DNA from: Vicugna vicugna
Lineage: Eukaryota
Length of the DNA: 64,000 bases
NCBI GenBank assembly: GCA_013265495.1
Contig: MU058844.1
Span: 10,686,184 to 10,750,183 of the forward strand
Direction: 5' to 3'
Made by a program: the position numbers and the translations under genes. Positions within the stretch are counted from its first letter, which is position 1. Every line of letters begins with the position of its first letter. Positions 1-15,129 of this stretch are shown piece after piece. The notes below the pieces were generated by a model. The model was given only the letters and a program-made list of their open reading frames with translations. It made no database searches and was not told the origin of the DNA.

Positions 1-899
1 TGAGGACACTATTCCCTTCCTTTCTTTTGCCTTCTATAAAGTATCAATTTGGTTGGGCACGTGGTAAGTCTTAAATGCTTACTGAACGAACGAAAGAATA
101 ATTAGATGTAGAGAAAGTCTTTTCCAAATATCGTTTCCACATAGTGAGGGCCTGGCTCTGTGGGACACCTTGTAGAAGCTAAAAAGTACATTAAAAAAAT
201 ACTACAGATCAAATCTTGCTAAAAACTTCCGAGATATGTCAATTTTCCAGATTATTTAGAAAACCTGTGCAAGTATCTCTTATTTTTAAATTCTAGGTAG
301 ACTATAGAAAACGCAGTAAGACAAATTTTTTTCTGTCAATTATTTTTTCTAAATAATTTTTATATTGTACATCCCCTTGAAAAGAATCTCTTAAAATTGT
401 ACTAGAAATGCTGATATGGTTTTCTCTTTCTCATATCCAGCACCTGCAGTATCTAATAATTCAATTTCTCATTGATACAGTTTTTTCATTTTATGATACC
501 TTTTTGCATTATCTTAACTGATTTGACCCTAAAAGGCAAATGGTGGAGTAGCTAGAATACATAATCATTGTCTCCACTTTAGGGATTAGAAAGTTGAGGA
601 TCTGAAATGTGGCTTCTGTGATGTAATTCCCATTAGAGTTGGGATCAGATTTAGGTCTTTGGGGTTCAATTTTCATGCTCTTTCTATATATTCGGACAGT
701 CTTTTGTGTCCACACTGAAAAGTGAGCGAATATTGACTAATTACTGCTAAGAAGCATTCAGTTTTGTGAACACATTTGTACGTTACTGTCAGGCTTCTTT
801 GAACTGAAATAATCTTTAGCTGTTGATGCCAAATCAATGGAAATCATTTGTCAAAAAATATTGTTGATAATAATTGTAACAACAGGGCAATGCCAGATT

Positions 900-1140
900 A
901 AAAAAATGATCTTGGATCTTGACTCCCAAGTTCTGCAGCTTAAATTGCTAAATAAATCTGATCAAGTTATTTAAACTTTCTGAACTTGAGTTTCACCATC
1001 TGTGTTGTGGGAGGTGGGTGGAGCAAGGAGATAATGAGAGAAACTCGGATTTGTAATATGTAAATTTCTGATTTGCGAAGTACTTAGAATGGTGGATAAT
1101 ACGAAGGGAAGTTTTAAATGTCAGTTTTCATTATTATTTG
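900..1140 (+). mobile_element. MIR SINE (degenerate)
   Basis: MIR core-like 'caagttatttaaactttctgaacttgagtttcaccatctgtg' and 3' end 'aagtacttagaatgg...aaatgtcag...attattatt'. Confidence 0.6.
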
Positions 1141-4139
1141 CCAGCAATTCCTATTAAAATCTCACAACTTGAAAATGCTTAAAACTTGGCTGAAAAAGCA
1201 ACTTCTGAAAGTTACATAGATAAAAGATGAAACATAAGCAGTTTTCTGTATGTATTATACAGCTCCCAATATACTCAGTGTGTTCTGCCTTAACAATATA
1301 TCAGAATGTCAGGGTAACATTCAAAAATAAAGACTGCTGTCAAAAAACTGAAAGCCAAAGCATTTTGGTAGTGATCAAGCTATTCATGGGTAAATAATAG
1401 AATGAATAAATCAAACTTTGGGGGAGAATAAATAATAGTCCTTCAAAAATCACACTGGCTAATGACTGTTTTTCAAACAATGCAGGCAGCATTAGAATAA
1501 CACTAAATTTGTACTAATGGAAATAAACATGTCCTACTTTGCATTTTAACAATTGGTCAGCCCAGCTAACACGACCGGAGGTACACATTTTAATATAGCA
1601 GTAAAGATCTTAGTGGCAAGATTTTACTCTTTCTACTGGCAAAATGATAAGTTTCACTTGTTCCCACTCCCAGTCATATAGTACTTAGGCATTAAAACTC
1701 GCCAGGTATTTTAAGTGACTGAAAAGTTACCTTGAATTCAGCATTTACTATTCAGTGATTATTTACATACACACTTGAATTAGAATGATCAATTTTTATG
1801 AAGACCCAGCTTGGATCTTATACCATTTGTTTCCACTGAATGATTTATGAAACAGTTGGGTTTATTATTTCATTTACATAACGTTATCCTCATTCGTACA
1901 TGACAGATCTAAAGTACGCCAGATGATCTGACTAAGATTCTGGGAAGGAACCATGACCCAATCTCAAAGTCAGTGTTTTGAACCATCCAGCTCTTTCTGC
2001 TAATCCAATCTCTGATAATTCCTATGTCAAATCAGCAATGATGATAGGGTTTAAATTTAACTAGGATCACAATCTCTGGGCTATTGCTATTTAAATCATT
2101 CCAGCATCATACTCATTTATAGAAAATGTCTGTCTTTGCTCATAATGTTCAAGAAAGCAACGTTAGGAGCCTGCAGCTTTCTTTTGGTTTTGAGTAGAAT
2201 TGAAACAGTAGCTGAAATTTATATTTTAATTTGATTTAGTAAGATAGTAAATAGCTAGAGGATTTTCTTTATGGATTAAAAGCTATGAAACTTAATGGAA
2301 GCTATAGCTATGCTTTTTTGTTTGTTTTTCTTCAGTATTTTACTTATATGTAACCATCAAAATCAAGAACCTGATCACTCTGCAAATATTGTAATGTTGA
2401 CACATATCCTTATTGGATCCCTAAATCCAGATATTGGCTAGAAAAGAATAGAATTATCTTGCTAGACCAGCATCCTCTTAAGATTCTTTGAAAAAGGATG
2501 GTAGATCCATTACTTCACATACTTAGGCAGATGCCTTTCAAGCAACATAAAATTTTATATTTGAAGTTCATCTTAATGATTTTAAGTAAAATAATTTAAA
2601 AAATGGAGAATTCAGTCAACTAATGTGGGTAAATCTTTCAGACTAAAGGTCAAACTGTTATCTGAAAAAGATGTTGACTGTAAATTAAATATTGATGGAC
2701 AGAAAGGAAGAAAATAGCAGTGCATTCAGCATAAAACCAATCAGAGGAGGGATCTTGAGAAGAAAGAGAAATGAATGGAGAGCGCTATCTGCTCTTGAAA
2801 AAGCATCCCACTAACCTCAGAAGCACAGCTCACTGCCTTAAAAGTGGCAACCGGTGGCACTAAATCATCTCTTTAATCAGTGCTCTTTGAAGTCCTATTG
2901 TGCATTTGAGACAAACAGAACAAAACTAGGAACGTGTTCCGTGAAGGGCGCTGTGGGTGACCTATGTTTACGCTAACCTGGGTCAACTCCCTCCACGAGC
3001 CCAGTGTTCTAAACACCACTCCTGGTCCTTGAAGCTCGTGGTGCTGCCTTGCGCCTTGGTTTTCTCCTTTCCATTCACTCTGTGTCTGTGGGCTGTTTTC
3101 TGCCTATGTAATAATGTCAGTGTGTCGAGAGAGGGGAGGCTACAGTATAGAGTTTGGGGAAGCTATTTTGGGGCGATGCTGTTGTTTGGTACTTTTTCTG
3201 ATTATCCCTGAGTAGCCATGTAACTGGTGAGACAGGGAAGGGAGGCTGTAAGTGGTATGAGAGGTACAGTACTTTTCCAGGAGAAGAGGAATTGAAGAGC
3301 CATTTCAGCCGCCACAGTGCTCAGCAGGTGGTGGAGAAAGCATCCGACTTTGTGCTCTTACCTTGTGAGAAGGGCGTCAGGTGTTTTATTTAAGGGCTGT
3401 ACGGGTGGGAATCTCGGGTGCAATCTCAAAAACACAAATGCGAAAATGGTTAAGATGAGCTTAAAGCAGTAGATTCTTCTGTAAAGTTCCAGTCGTCTGT
3501 GTAACTGGACACGGAGCAGGATTATATAATACTCAGTGCAGAAAACTGATCTTGGCTCTAGTCCTCACCCCAGCACCCCTCCCATCAAAACCAAAGATTT
3601 GACAACTGCGGATACTAACACCTACGACTGGAAAAATATCAGAGAAGAGTCATGAGGTAGGACTTAGATAGGAGACACGTCTGTTTTTTCAGAAAGATGG
3701 GACAAATGCTGTTCATTTTGAGTGGTTTTGTAATTTTCTAGGCAAAAATCCAACTATGGTATAAAACAAAATATGCTCCTTGGGGGGAAAACAAGGCAAA
3801 GTGTAAGGAGAAAAAGTCTTGTTAACATAACTGATCAGAATCATAATTAACAGTCAGTAGTGGAAAATAAGTTTCTGAAATGGCTGAATCATAATGATGC
3901 AGTATTTTGTTGTCAAAAAGCAGCACCCAAGAGTCTGACCTTTCTAGGTGGGAAAAGAGCTGGATTACTTGTTCTCATAGAGCAGTTATTTTGGCATGAT
4001 GTCAATATAATTTGATTTTTAGTTAAAATAAATGTTCTTTGTGTGAATTTTAATGAATGTGAGATTTAATAGCAGCAAAGTCACAGAAAATCGATTATAA
4101 TGCTACGTAACTAGTTCAACTCATGGCATACTGCAAGTG

Positions 4140-4320
4140 AGCAGAGGTTTGGAATCAAAGAACCCTGAGTTCAAAGCACAGTGAGTCTTTTTCTTCTTTG
4201 AGCCTTTCTCTCTCTACGTGAGAAATGGGAATGATTACACCACAGTAGTAACTGGGGGGATTCCACGAGATGACATACCTAACACCTGGCACACAGATGA
4301 AGTTTAATAAATGTGAATTC
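4140..4320 (+). mobile_element. MIR SINE
   Basis: 'ttggaatcaaagaaccctgagttcaaa...aaatgggaatgatta...cctggcacacag...aataaatgt'. Confidence 0.65.
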
Positions 4321-5067
4321 TCTTTTCCATTTTATATAAAAAGAAATAGAGATCACATTTCTTCTCTGAAATTTACTGTTTTCTCATTCTAAATGTATTT
4401 CCGGGTAACATTTAAAGTGATTAGACCCAAGCAATAAAACTATATGAAACCTGCTGGGTTTCCTCTAAAGACCTGGCTCCATTCACCTCTCTTAAAAATT
4501 AAAGGAAAAGAAAATCATCCCAGTGTAATTTCTACAGCTTGGAAGAAATATAAATAATTTCGAGTTAATTCAGTATCAAAGAAAGAAGATATTTAAATCT
4601 TAGCCAGTGAGATTTATAAGAGACTTAAAGACCTGTTTTCTGTTTTCCAAGAGGGGAGAGTGAGATAAAACAGAGTTCAGCAAAAGAGACTGAAAATATT
4701 GGGACCTGAGAGGTAGAAATCGCTTAGCATTAAGAATCGATACATACTGAAAGAATTTTGAAACGAGTAGTTCTGGCATAGATCATTAAATCTTGCAGGC
4801 AATGGAGGTTAGCAGGCAGTTTTGTTTTTCATGCTTGGCCATCACTTAGACTGTCTCCCTGGGTTTTGAGCAGATGACTTTAAAGTACATTTGTTGTCTG
4901 AGAGACCCACATGCTAGTGTAAGACTACTGAGCGCTCAAAGGCCTTTGTAACCCCAAAGAACAGTGACTCGTGGGAGAGGGGATGGAAATGAGGAACTGC
5001 TGCCCACAGCTCAGGTCCCAACAGTGAGGTGACCCCTGGGCCATGCCAAGCAGTTCAAAATACTTTA

Positions 5068-5219
5068 GGGGGAAGGGGGAAGAGCTCAGTGGTAGAGCAT
5101 GTGCTTTAGCACGTACAAGGTCCTGGGTTCCATTCCCAGTACCTCCATATCAATGAATGAATAAATAAAAACCTAATTACCTCCTCCCTCAAAAAAAAAA
5201 AAAGAAAAAAAAAATCCCG

Positions 5220-5258
<39 letters not shown>

Positions 5259-5260
5259 TA
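5068..5260 (+). mobile_element. Young tRNA-derived SINE (camelid Vic-1-like) with A-tail and (TA)n
   Basis: A-box AGCTCAGTGG, tRNA-Ala-like body 'gtgctttagcacgtacaaggtcctgggttccattcccagtacctcca', then 'aataaataaaaacctaattacctcc' and poly-A/(TA)n. Homologous to three other copies in the window. Confidence 0.85.
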
Positions 5261-8200
5261 TGTTTTAGGTGTGCAGAGTGTCTCCAGGTAGAGGGACTCA
5301 CTAAATGATCCTCAAGATAAGACTCTGTCCTTTGATCTCATAATATGATCAGATATTTTAATAAAATTACTCCCTTTTCCCTTTAACAGAATAGCTTGAG
5401 ACCTAGGTCTTTGGGGAAAAAAAATATTTCTAGAAAAACAGAATCTTAAAATTTTCCCTTAAAAGAATCTATTATTCACATAGGAGGAATTCTGCATTCC
5501 AAGTTTTGAGTATTTGATCATTGATGAGATGTGTGGAGTAGAGAAAATGAGGCTTACAAGCTACAAGAAGGCTCTCAGCCACACAAGAAAGTTCAAACCT
5601 GGGAAAGGGGAAGTCCTTACTGTTAGCATCGTCCAAGGCACAAGGCACAGTGTTAGATCAGAAAGACAAGATTTCAAGAACCCAGCAGAATTTTACCATA
5701 CAGTTCATTTTAACTGGCCCAGAGTTAATGAAGCACAGGGAGTTGCTGCCACTTTCTGGGTATTAGGGCCAATTTGAAAATATGGTTATTATAGTAATTT
5801 TGATTCCATAAATCTGAATTGCTTGTTAAAGTAGCATCACATCAAAAAGAACTTTATGGTACTTGTGGCTCTCTGAGGAAACACCTGTATGCCAGTCTCT
5901 GAAGGCATTTTGGTGTGCCTGTGTAGGAAGTCAGCCATCAGTAAAGATATCTTCTCAGAATTCTGTAATAATATGATGGTCTGTATTCTTAAGGGCTGGA
6001 GAACAACAACAAAGTCTTTAATTCTTTTTTTCTTTTAAGTTCAGTGAAATAGCCTTTTTCTCTAACTGCTTATTTTCTTCAACCAATCATGACAAGATAG
6101 TCATTTAGAATACTTGTTGATTTCAAAGCAACTAAGGAAACTGGACTGAAATTGATCAAAATATAGTAAATCCAACAGGACAATAGTAGATAAATGAGAA
6201 GTTCTCCTGAGTTTTATCAAAGCCGTGCTGCATTTGAATTAATCCAATGCCAGAGGAAATAGGAAGAGTGAAATGAAAACAGAGAAAAACCTTTTTGCAA
6301 ATTAGACTTAGCAAGTTTGGCTTTCTGGCTAGGAATGCCTATAGAAAAAATAAGTATTTTCATGTCTTTCTGAGGTGTATTTTCTCCTTGCCTCAGATAT
6401 CTCTATACAGTAAAGTCCCTTTGGAAAATAAAACATTTTTTTTTTTAATGTCATAGTTATGATAGAAGTGAAAAATTCTCCTTAAGCCTACGGTGTTAGA
6501 CTATGTCAAATTTAGAATATGCAATAAATAGGAAATTCAACTTAATGCCAGTTAATGTGTTTGTAATATTTAAAAACTGTGAATGTACTTTCACCTTGCC
6601 TTACATTTAGAGCTCTGAATTATCTTTTCTTGTAGAATTCTGAATTTTAACTCCAGATATGCATATAAAAATATTTTTCATTAATGGAAAGACTGAAAAA
6701 TGACTGGGTGAATATAGGGAAGTGGAGGAAGAAAAAGCTCAGGTTCAGATAGGTTACATCCTAGTATTTAAACTGAATTGTACAAAACATTTCCTCTGTT
6801 TTATGTGAGAGATGCTTCAATTTTCCGCAGGTTCTACTCTCCCTTTCTTGATCACCAAACTTTCAAATCACCTCTCTCATCAATTTCCGTCCAAAAGTCT
6901 CACAGTTCTATTCCTTTAACACGCCACCTCTCATCTTCCTCTCTGCACGTACATTTAGAGTTGCTTTCACAGTACGTGCAATTTTGTGTTCAGCTTTTTT
7001 CATTACGAATCTTCACATTTTACTGCATGGACTTCTTTAATTCTTTCAAACATGATGATTACAATTTAAGTCAAGTGAAAAGGAATAAAATGTGAAGTTC
7101 ATTTACCCCACACCAAGCAGAAGAAATAAAAGAGGACAGGTGCTGAGGGCACACATGACCACCTCTGACTGCATTTCCTCCTCTCTGCCCAAGAGGTAAC
7201 CTTGGCATGAAATCAAGTGTTTTTTAATTAAAAAAATTTTTTTATTCCTTATATGTAAGCATTTCCTTATGCGTTTGCATAAGTGGTTCTTAGGAACTTT
7301 GTAGACTTAACTCTTGATTCTTAAGGGAACCCCAGCACCCATTACAGTGAAATCTTGGCAATTTGAACTTTTATGTGTTTGAGTCAAAACAGCCACCGCA
7401 GAGTAATCAGTGCACCATACATGATGTGTTTGTCCGATTACCCAGCGACAGCCCACATGCCCAGAAACCCAGGCTCTGTGTGTTCTGTGGAGCTCAGCTT
7501 TCTCTCTCTCTCTCGCTCTCTCTGTCCCCCACGGGACTATCCTGATCGAAAAAAGTGAAGCAGTTGCGGTGCCTCCCACCTCCATGCCTTGTCTAGATGG
7601 CATTCCCATTTCATTTGGACTCTCTGAAAGTCAGACAGGACGCGAAGCCAGAAAAACAAAACTAACATAAAACCCTGCCTTCCAGCACTGTCACAAACAT
7701 TTTGAAACCAAATAAATCAATCGGTACTCAGTAATGTTCTTAAATATGCAATTCATAGGGCTACGTAAAACAAAGGTGTACTTTAAGCTGATCTTCTGAG
7801 AATTAGATGTCTCATTTATTTTCATAGCAAAACAAAGTAATCTCCTTTTCCATTAACTGTTTAATTTGCTTCCTCATCTAAGAAGTTGATCTTTTTCTCC
7901 TTTTAGTGGTCTTGCCGTTAGGGAAATAAAATGCTAAACATCGGAGGAAAAGATTCAGCTGTCTTTGGGAGCCATCTTTAAAACATCTGAGTTAGTTTTC
8001 TTCCTACTCCCTTGACCCACTATGTACACAGCTAGGGATTTTCACTTCCAAGGCTATAACCCAGGCTATCGGAGGGGGGATGAATGCCAACATCTGTTTC
8101 CCAAAGTATTTGAGGTTAAGAGTGAGATACTTTCCTTTCTTTCTTGGTTCACTTAACAGTAATGTTCCAGTGGGAGGATGACAGATTGCTGGTTTCTGTT

Positions 8201-10104
8201 TGTTCTGCACCCAAAGTGTGACCTCATTGCAAAAACCCCTGGCGAGATGATAGATGTAGTTAGCATTAGCCATGAGGCAAACACATCCTTTATACACGAC
8301 TGCTAATCATCAAAGTCAAGTGTCCAGCTATCACACAAGCTGATCGACATTTTTAGAAGGATAGACGTTGACTGTTTTCCACATCCCAGTTAATATACCT
8401 TTGTCTACAAAGTTGAAAGTGAGTGATTGCCTTATTCTAACTTCTCATACATTGTCTTCAGTTTCAGATAAAATTGAATTGGGATACATGCTGCTAAATG
8501 TCTGTTCAGGTGAAATTTAGCAGAGTAGTCTTTTTTGTTCTAAATCTTCCAGGTCATTTATCTTGACTATGGCCACACAGAGAGACTCTTCTAGCAAATG
8601 CTAGAAGCTTTTTTTGTTTAGTCAAATGGTCTCTGCTGGAAAGGGTACTAAAGTTTATATTAGCAAGCTTTGATTTGAGATTTCTTAAAGTTAATTTAAA
8701 GATGACTCATGGATATATACAGGGGAAAATTCTGTATCCTTATATTATTTAAGCTTTGTAATATTGCTGCTCAGAGACAAAAATTCAAGTGTAGGATGAA
8801 TAAGAAATGTAGATTAATGCATTTGGGGAGGTAGCATTTTTCTTCTGCATCAGGCAGAGTAATTGGCATTAAGCTTTTGAAAGGATTCCTATTGTTAGTA
8901 ATCTTTTGAAAGGATATCTATTATTAACAGTAGTGAGGTCTCTTGGTTAAAAAATGATTTGGGTTTATTAACCGACCTTTTAAAAAGGTCTTGGAACTAT
9001 AGCATGAGGAAAAAAATACATTTCCATCACTAGACTTGATCAAAATATTTAGTAAAAGCCTTGTAATTCTTACACAAATAACCCAGATATCACAAGTGTT
9101 AGCAAGACATTCATGCTTGAGAGGGTAATGGTTTTATAATTTAAATGCCATTCTAAAGCAAGCACAATGGCAAAGAATTAAAAAAAAAAAAACCTTCCCA
9201 GATACAGTAAAATCAGACTGCATATGGGATTCTGCAGGCCAGCAACGTCTGAGATTCCTCTTTGGGCTCCATTTTCAGCACTGAATGGGTCTGCAGTCCA
9301 ACATTCAGAGGCAATGAAATACACATGTGCTATTGAAAACGGGAAATGCAAATATTAGTGAGGAAAATGTGTGCTACAAGGTAGGATTTGTTTCGCTGTT
9401 TCTCTTGCTGTTCTGCACGATCATGCTATGGAAAGACATGGGGGTCACCATCTTCCAGCTTTTAAGTGGAACCCATACTTTTACACTGTAAATTGTGTGA
9501 TTTTTTTCAAAGCCATAAGGATGGTTACAGGGTAGAGCATCATCTTCTGGTAAGCTTGTCTCTTCCTACATCTCCTGCCTTAGAACAAGGTACACCATTA
9601 TTCATTTTGTATTCTAGGCATACATTTTAATTCAAGAACTGATTAAAGTTGGGATAGTCATAATCTGAATAATCCATGAACCCATTCTCCCTATTCGCAT
9701 ACTTCAGCGTTCACCAAATTACTGGGTGTGGCTGAGCAAATCTCTTTAGAAATTCACAATATGCATTGTAATATGCAAGCAGGGAGATTGACCAGTAAAC
9801 CCCAGTGTCTTCTCAGAAGGTCTGAGATCCATTTCGGGGACAACTGCATACACTGTAAGTACAGGGGAACCTCATTTTAAAAAGTCCTCTTTCAGTTTTA
9901 CAGGAAGTCTTGTAGAAGGCCATTTCTCTTGGGACAGATACTTTCAGTTGCTTAGACAAACAACCACTCTTTTTCCTCACTCTTTGCCACATGAATACTG
10001 GTTTTGTTGAGGTATTATGCAGGGCTTAGTATACTCAAGAATAGTCGGCCCCTCCTCCAGAGCTATGGGATGAGTTATGATTGAGTTAAGTCTGTTTTGT
10101 AAAC

Positions 10105-10420
10105 CCTTTCTTTCCACCACTCATTGGCTTAGAGTTGGGCATAAGAGCTGGTACTGCCAATGCTGTCTAAGGGGAAATCTGCAGATTACTGGCAAAAACA
10201 TTTTTCCTGGTAAGAGAGAGAGAGCACTGAGTGGGAAGGACCCCTTTTTTGCCTTTTCTCCCCACCATCCTCTTCCTAATGGGATTGCTATGCATACGGT
10301 GTTCAGAGCAGGCATAGCCACCTTTGTTATACAGAGAAGGCCAAGGGGAGCTTCGAGTTACTGCCTCAAACTGTAAACCAACGCTGGAACTGCCTAACCC
10401 CAAGACTGTATTTTATCTGA
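10105..10420 (+). mobile_element. Old MaLR LTR fragment (MLT1J/K-like)
   Basis: 'cattggcttagagttgggcat...gccaatg...gaaatctgc...' resembles MLT1 LTR consensus. Highly diverged. Confidence 0.45.
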
Positions 10421-10464
10421 GACACTTAACTACTTCATTGTGTAAGTTGCTTGCATCGGTCAGC

Positions 10465-10830
10465 ATCAGTTTGATTATGCACCAATGACAAATAATCCAA
10501 AGTTTCAGGGACTTAAAATAACAGAGGCGATTTCTCACTCATGCTGGAGGTCTTCGTGCATCAGCAGGGCTTCTTTTTGTAGCCACTCAAGGATCTGGGT
10601 TGATGGATTAGGTGATCTCCAAAATTGATTGTATTGGTTCCAGAAGGAAGAGTTCTGGACGGTCTCCTACCCGAGTCGGTGTTCTAGCCCAGAAGTGACA
10701 CTTACTGCTTTCACCCACAAGCTAACCTCCGAGAACAGCGCCACCTCCAGGAGGGTGAGGAAGTGCAACTATGCCAGATGCCCCTAAGGAGGGGTGACCA
10801 GAAATACTTGTTGCACAGAACTCATGGTCC
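10465..10830 (-). mobile_element. Old MaLR LTR fragment (MLT1J/K/L-like)
   Basis: 'acaaataatccaaagtttcagggacttaaaataacagagg...tttctcactcatgct...ccagaagtgacac' is typical of a reversed MLT1 LTR. Confidence 0.55.
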
Positions 10831-12889
10831 CTATTAGGATGAGAATCCTGTTACTTGCAGCAGAAGGCATCCTCAGTATGATGAGGATGATGATGACTGA
10901 AATTACTGGAATGTTAACTGTTTATCAGCCATTGTGTGACATCTGTTACTACCTTTAATATGTACAACAATCTTATAATGTACTATTATTCTCATTCTCT
11001 GAGAAACTGTTTTAGAGAAGTTAGAACCTTCACGTTGGAGTCATGACGTTAACTTAGGCAGGTTAGCACCAAAATCAACATTCTAACTATGTCATAAATG
11101 TCTAATAATTTGGCTTTTTAAACACATACCTATTATCTATCATGTAGCATGTTAAGAAAGAAAATAAACAGGTGCCACTGCCAACAGTAACACCGTCATT
11201 GGAAAAAAATAAGCATTTCCTAATGAAATTTTATTTTTCCAGTTCCTGTCCAGTTAGCTGGAGTCGGTATATTAGACAACAACTTTTGAATCAATTTTCC
11301 CAAAGCACAGGGGGGCAGTTTTTCTTCCATGACACAGAGGACCAAAGTAAATTTTATAAATGATGAAGCCTGAGGCTTCAGTGACTAATAGCTTGAGCTC
11401 TCCTCCCCTGGCGTGAGACAAGATTGAACATAACTTCCACCTGCAAAGAAGTACCCGTCACCCAGAGCTATTGGTAAATGTTGCAATTCGATGCATAAAT
11501 AAACCTTATACTCAGACAATGACTGCAGAGAGCTGTTATCCATGGAAGTGGGGCTGCACCCAATTTACTCTTTCCTGCAAGACTGTCTTCCTCCCAGTGC
11601 TCATTGAGTAAACGAGGGGGTATCCAGGCTTGGTGAGCCTGGAAGCTCAGTCTGCCTCCAATTTTCATTTTCCCTCATCTGAGCAAGTTCTACTTGTTTT
11701 CAGGGGAAGCTTCCTCTTCCAAATCCCCTGAACTTGGGTTTTGGCAGCATTAACTAAAAACCTGTCCTCCGAAGTTGTTTGGTAGAAGCACACTAATTCC
11801 TCTTTTCCATTCTTAAGATGACTTGAGTGTTCTTGATCCTGTCTTCCCTGCTTTAAGCAAGGGTCTAAGTCTTAGGTCTGGTGAACGAGAACATTTCATT
11901 CCCACGGGGGCATGACGGTGGCTCCGTGGGTGGGCATGTGATGCAACTCAGTGAAACAGGGCTTAGACTGGAACTGTGCTGACAGGTGATGGCTCTAGAA
12001 AAGGCAGTTACGCTGGTGTAACTCTACCTGTAGGGCAAGGCTGGGACATCCATAGTAAGTGCTCAGCGTATGTTTGTTGCATAAATGAAACAGTCACTTA
12101 TACTCGGCTTGCTACGCTGGCTGTGTGTTAGCCTTGAATGCTGGGCAGCAGCCCTGTGGAGAATGCTTGCCTCGGAGGGAAGGAGAAGGGGAAAGAATCC
12201 AAGCTAAAGGTTGAAAAGAGAGAAAAACTGCATTCTGATGACATCATTTGAGCTTTAGGACACAGACAGGTGGAAGTCAGGGTAGGTGTGTATTTGTTAG
12301 TTCCAGGGAACAAAAAATTCACTCCTCAGGTAGACAGATGAGAGTTGGGCTTCACCGAAAGAAGGCTCATGAATTGTGTGGAGGCTCTTCTAGCTCTGAG
12401 CTGTTGTAACAGAATGACCACAACTGTACTGCCCTAAGCCACTGACTGGAATGTTTCATTCTTAAATATTTTATTAGAGACTCTCTCTCCTGCAGCAATA
12501 AAAACCATCTCCAGAGATATGCCACAGGAGATTTACTCTCAAATTTAAAATACTTTAAATGACTCGAGGGAGTTGATCGATCTAAGAGGGCTTCAACTTG
12601 AGTCTTCCGGAGAAGCCCTTGATGGGAGCTGTAGGACTATATTTACATCCTGGGATTTTATTTATCAGTAGAGGGTGTGTGAGAACAGAAGTGAAGAGCT
12701 CTGTCACACTGGGAGGTCACTTATCTTGGGAGGCAGACAGAATCAGACAAAATCAGCGGTGGCCTTTCCGTTCCTGGAAAAACTTGTAGAAGGAGTGTTG
12801 TTTATAACAAGTTCACTCTCGTCCTGAATCCTCCTTTTACCCATTCCATGGTATCTTTTTTGTCATACACTTAAAAATTTTGTCCCCTT

Positions 12890-13030
12890 TTGGCTACACA
12901 CTAGCTGTATGATTTTCGGCAAGTTAGTCTTTCTCAAATGGAAATAATACCTATGTTATAGGATTACATGAGGATTAAATAAGATGATTCAGGTAAAACA
13001 CTTGCTAATTACTAAATTAATGGGAACTAT
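12890..13030 (+). mobile_element. MIR SINE
   Basis: 'actagctgtatgattttcggcaagtta...ataggattacatgaggattaaataagatga'. Confidence 0.65.
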
Positions 13031-13828
13031 TAGACTAAATTCCTCTCAGTGGCATTTCTGGGACTCAAGACTTCTTCATTTTTACAAGCACCATACTTGT
13101 CCATGCTTTGGATATTTCATACCTGAATTGCTGTGATGATTTTTAAGCACAGAGGCAAGAGAGACCTCTCTTCCACATTCTTATTCAAATAATTTTTCTT
13201 TTTCCAGTAGGTATGCTTTCCCTTTTTAAGAATGTCAGGTGCAATGGATGTTCTCCATCAACTGCCGAATCCAGCTTCTCCCTCAGCCTAGTCCTTGTTT
13301 CTTCATAACATACTTTTACTGCAATCTAATTTTGCTGAACTCTCCTCCATCGCCCTCCTCTCACTATTTAATTCTGTCTTTTAATATAAACACATTGCTC
13401 TCCATCAATGGAGCATTCACTTTGAGTATCTTCTCAGGAATGTCGTTAGTCTTGCACCAATTTCTTCATGTGACTAGTGCACCTGCTACCGCGGGGGGCA
13501 TCCCCGACGGGATTAAAATGCCCTGTGATGCTAGCTGGGTCAAATGAGCTTGGTTTTGCTTCAGTGAACTTTCAAAATTTGATTTAACCAGTCTGACTAC
13601 CTTTTGCTATTTTTTTTTAAACCAATAAGATCTTTATTGACATTCATTTTCTGAAAACGCAATTCAGAATGTACCTTCTCGAGAGGAATTAATTTCAGCC
13701 TCCAAAATGGCTCTCATTTCTTTGCCACTGTATGCTCCTTCAGTGTAAATTCATAGTTTTTACTATAGTTTCCTATAGTGCTTTTTAAAAAAATCCCCTG
13801 CTCTGGAAAGTGTTATCCAGCACTTTGA

Positions 13829-13862
13829 GTGTGTGTGTATGTGTGTGTGTGTGTGTGTGTGT
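13829..13862. repeat. (TG)n microsatellite
   Basis: Interrupted TG run seen directly. Confidence 0.9.
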
Positions 13863-15129
13863 CTTGTGTGTCTGTGAGCCTTTTGAGTACCTATGTCTTT
13901 GTGCTATAAGCATCTATTGTATTCCAGCTCTCCCCCACTGCTATTGCTGTGTGTTCTAGAAGGTCATTTCACACACGATAGGCACTCATTAAATACTGAA
14001 TGATCAACTGCCAATTTGTAAGTGGTTGCAAAACAATCTACCATGTGTAAAGGGAATATATGACTTTTTTTCCCTTTGCTAGTGAGATGCTAATAACCTT
14101 AGTGTCCTTAATAATGCCTCATAAATTGCTTCTCTCATAGTGAAGAGCTGTGAATCAGTGGGTTTGTGTGTGCTGTTTTTCATCATACCCTATATATCTC
14201 AGCAGTAGGACGTTTTGCTGATGCCAAGAACGTTTAAAACACTGTTGTAAAAGCTAACTATGTGAAAGGCATTTCTACTCGGTAAGTCACACCTCGTAAG
14301 TTGCTGGCTTGCAACTTTTGATATCTTTCTAACAGTGAATCCAAAGTGCTGGTAAATGGGAGAAATGCGAATGCATTAGTTACATAGCTATGCAAAGACG
14401 CCTGGTAGCCCGTGACTTGGAAACACCCTCCCCGAAGTCTTAGTATCTTCTCTACAAAAACTGTACCCTGGAAGTTGACAGGTGATAAAATAATCACTAG
14501 ATTCAGTTATCTTCGCTTTCCCTTACCTATTCTGACACTTGAAATTAGAGACAGACTTAAAATTTTTAAATTAACAAGAAATCCCTCCTCCGCTGAAACT
14601 CTTGCTGTTATTCTTTGACTTCCCAGCAAGTGTGCATCACTAGTTCTGTCACTTTATGTAACACCCCCAACAAATGAATACTCTGTCACCTTCTACTGAA
14701 CCCTTATGTTCTAGCCACTGGGCTGGATCAGGATGATGGACAGAAACCGAAGCATCATATCCATCTCCTAGGAACTCCCAGTAGCTGAGATCAGAGGCAA
14801 ACACAAATGACTCTCATGCAAGAGAGGATTAATAATAATTGCCTCAGAGGCCAAGGCTTAAAAAAAAAGAAACTCAGAGAAATAACAGAAGAAAGGATAG
14901 AAAAACTGGAATGGCCTCAGGATGATGGTATCATGACAGATGTGCAGAATTCACACGTGGAGGGCTGATGAGGGAGTGATCGGCAAAGTGAACCAAAGAA
15001 GGGAGGCAAAAATAAGTACCAGACTGGAAAAGGAACAACACTTTTACACAGATTTCCTTCTTTGAATTTCTCTTCCACTATTCAAGTCAAGTTACTGTTA
15101 ACTCTTGCCTAGGACATTGGGATCACCTC

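Noticed and set aside
5068..5150. tRNA-Ala-like gene (also at 15220-15288, 25700-25778 and 29018-29092)
   Set aside because: The stems are degenerate, each has a SINE-specific 3' extension and tail, and most have TSDs. These are SINE heads, not tRNA genes.
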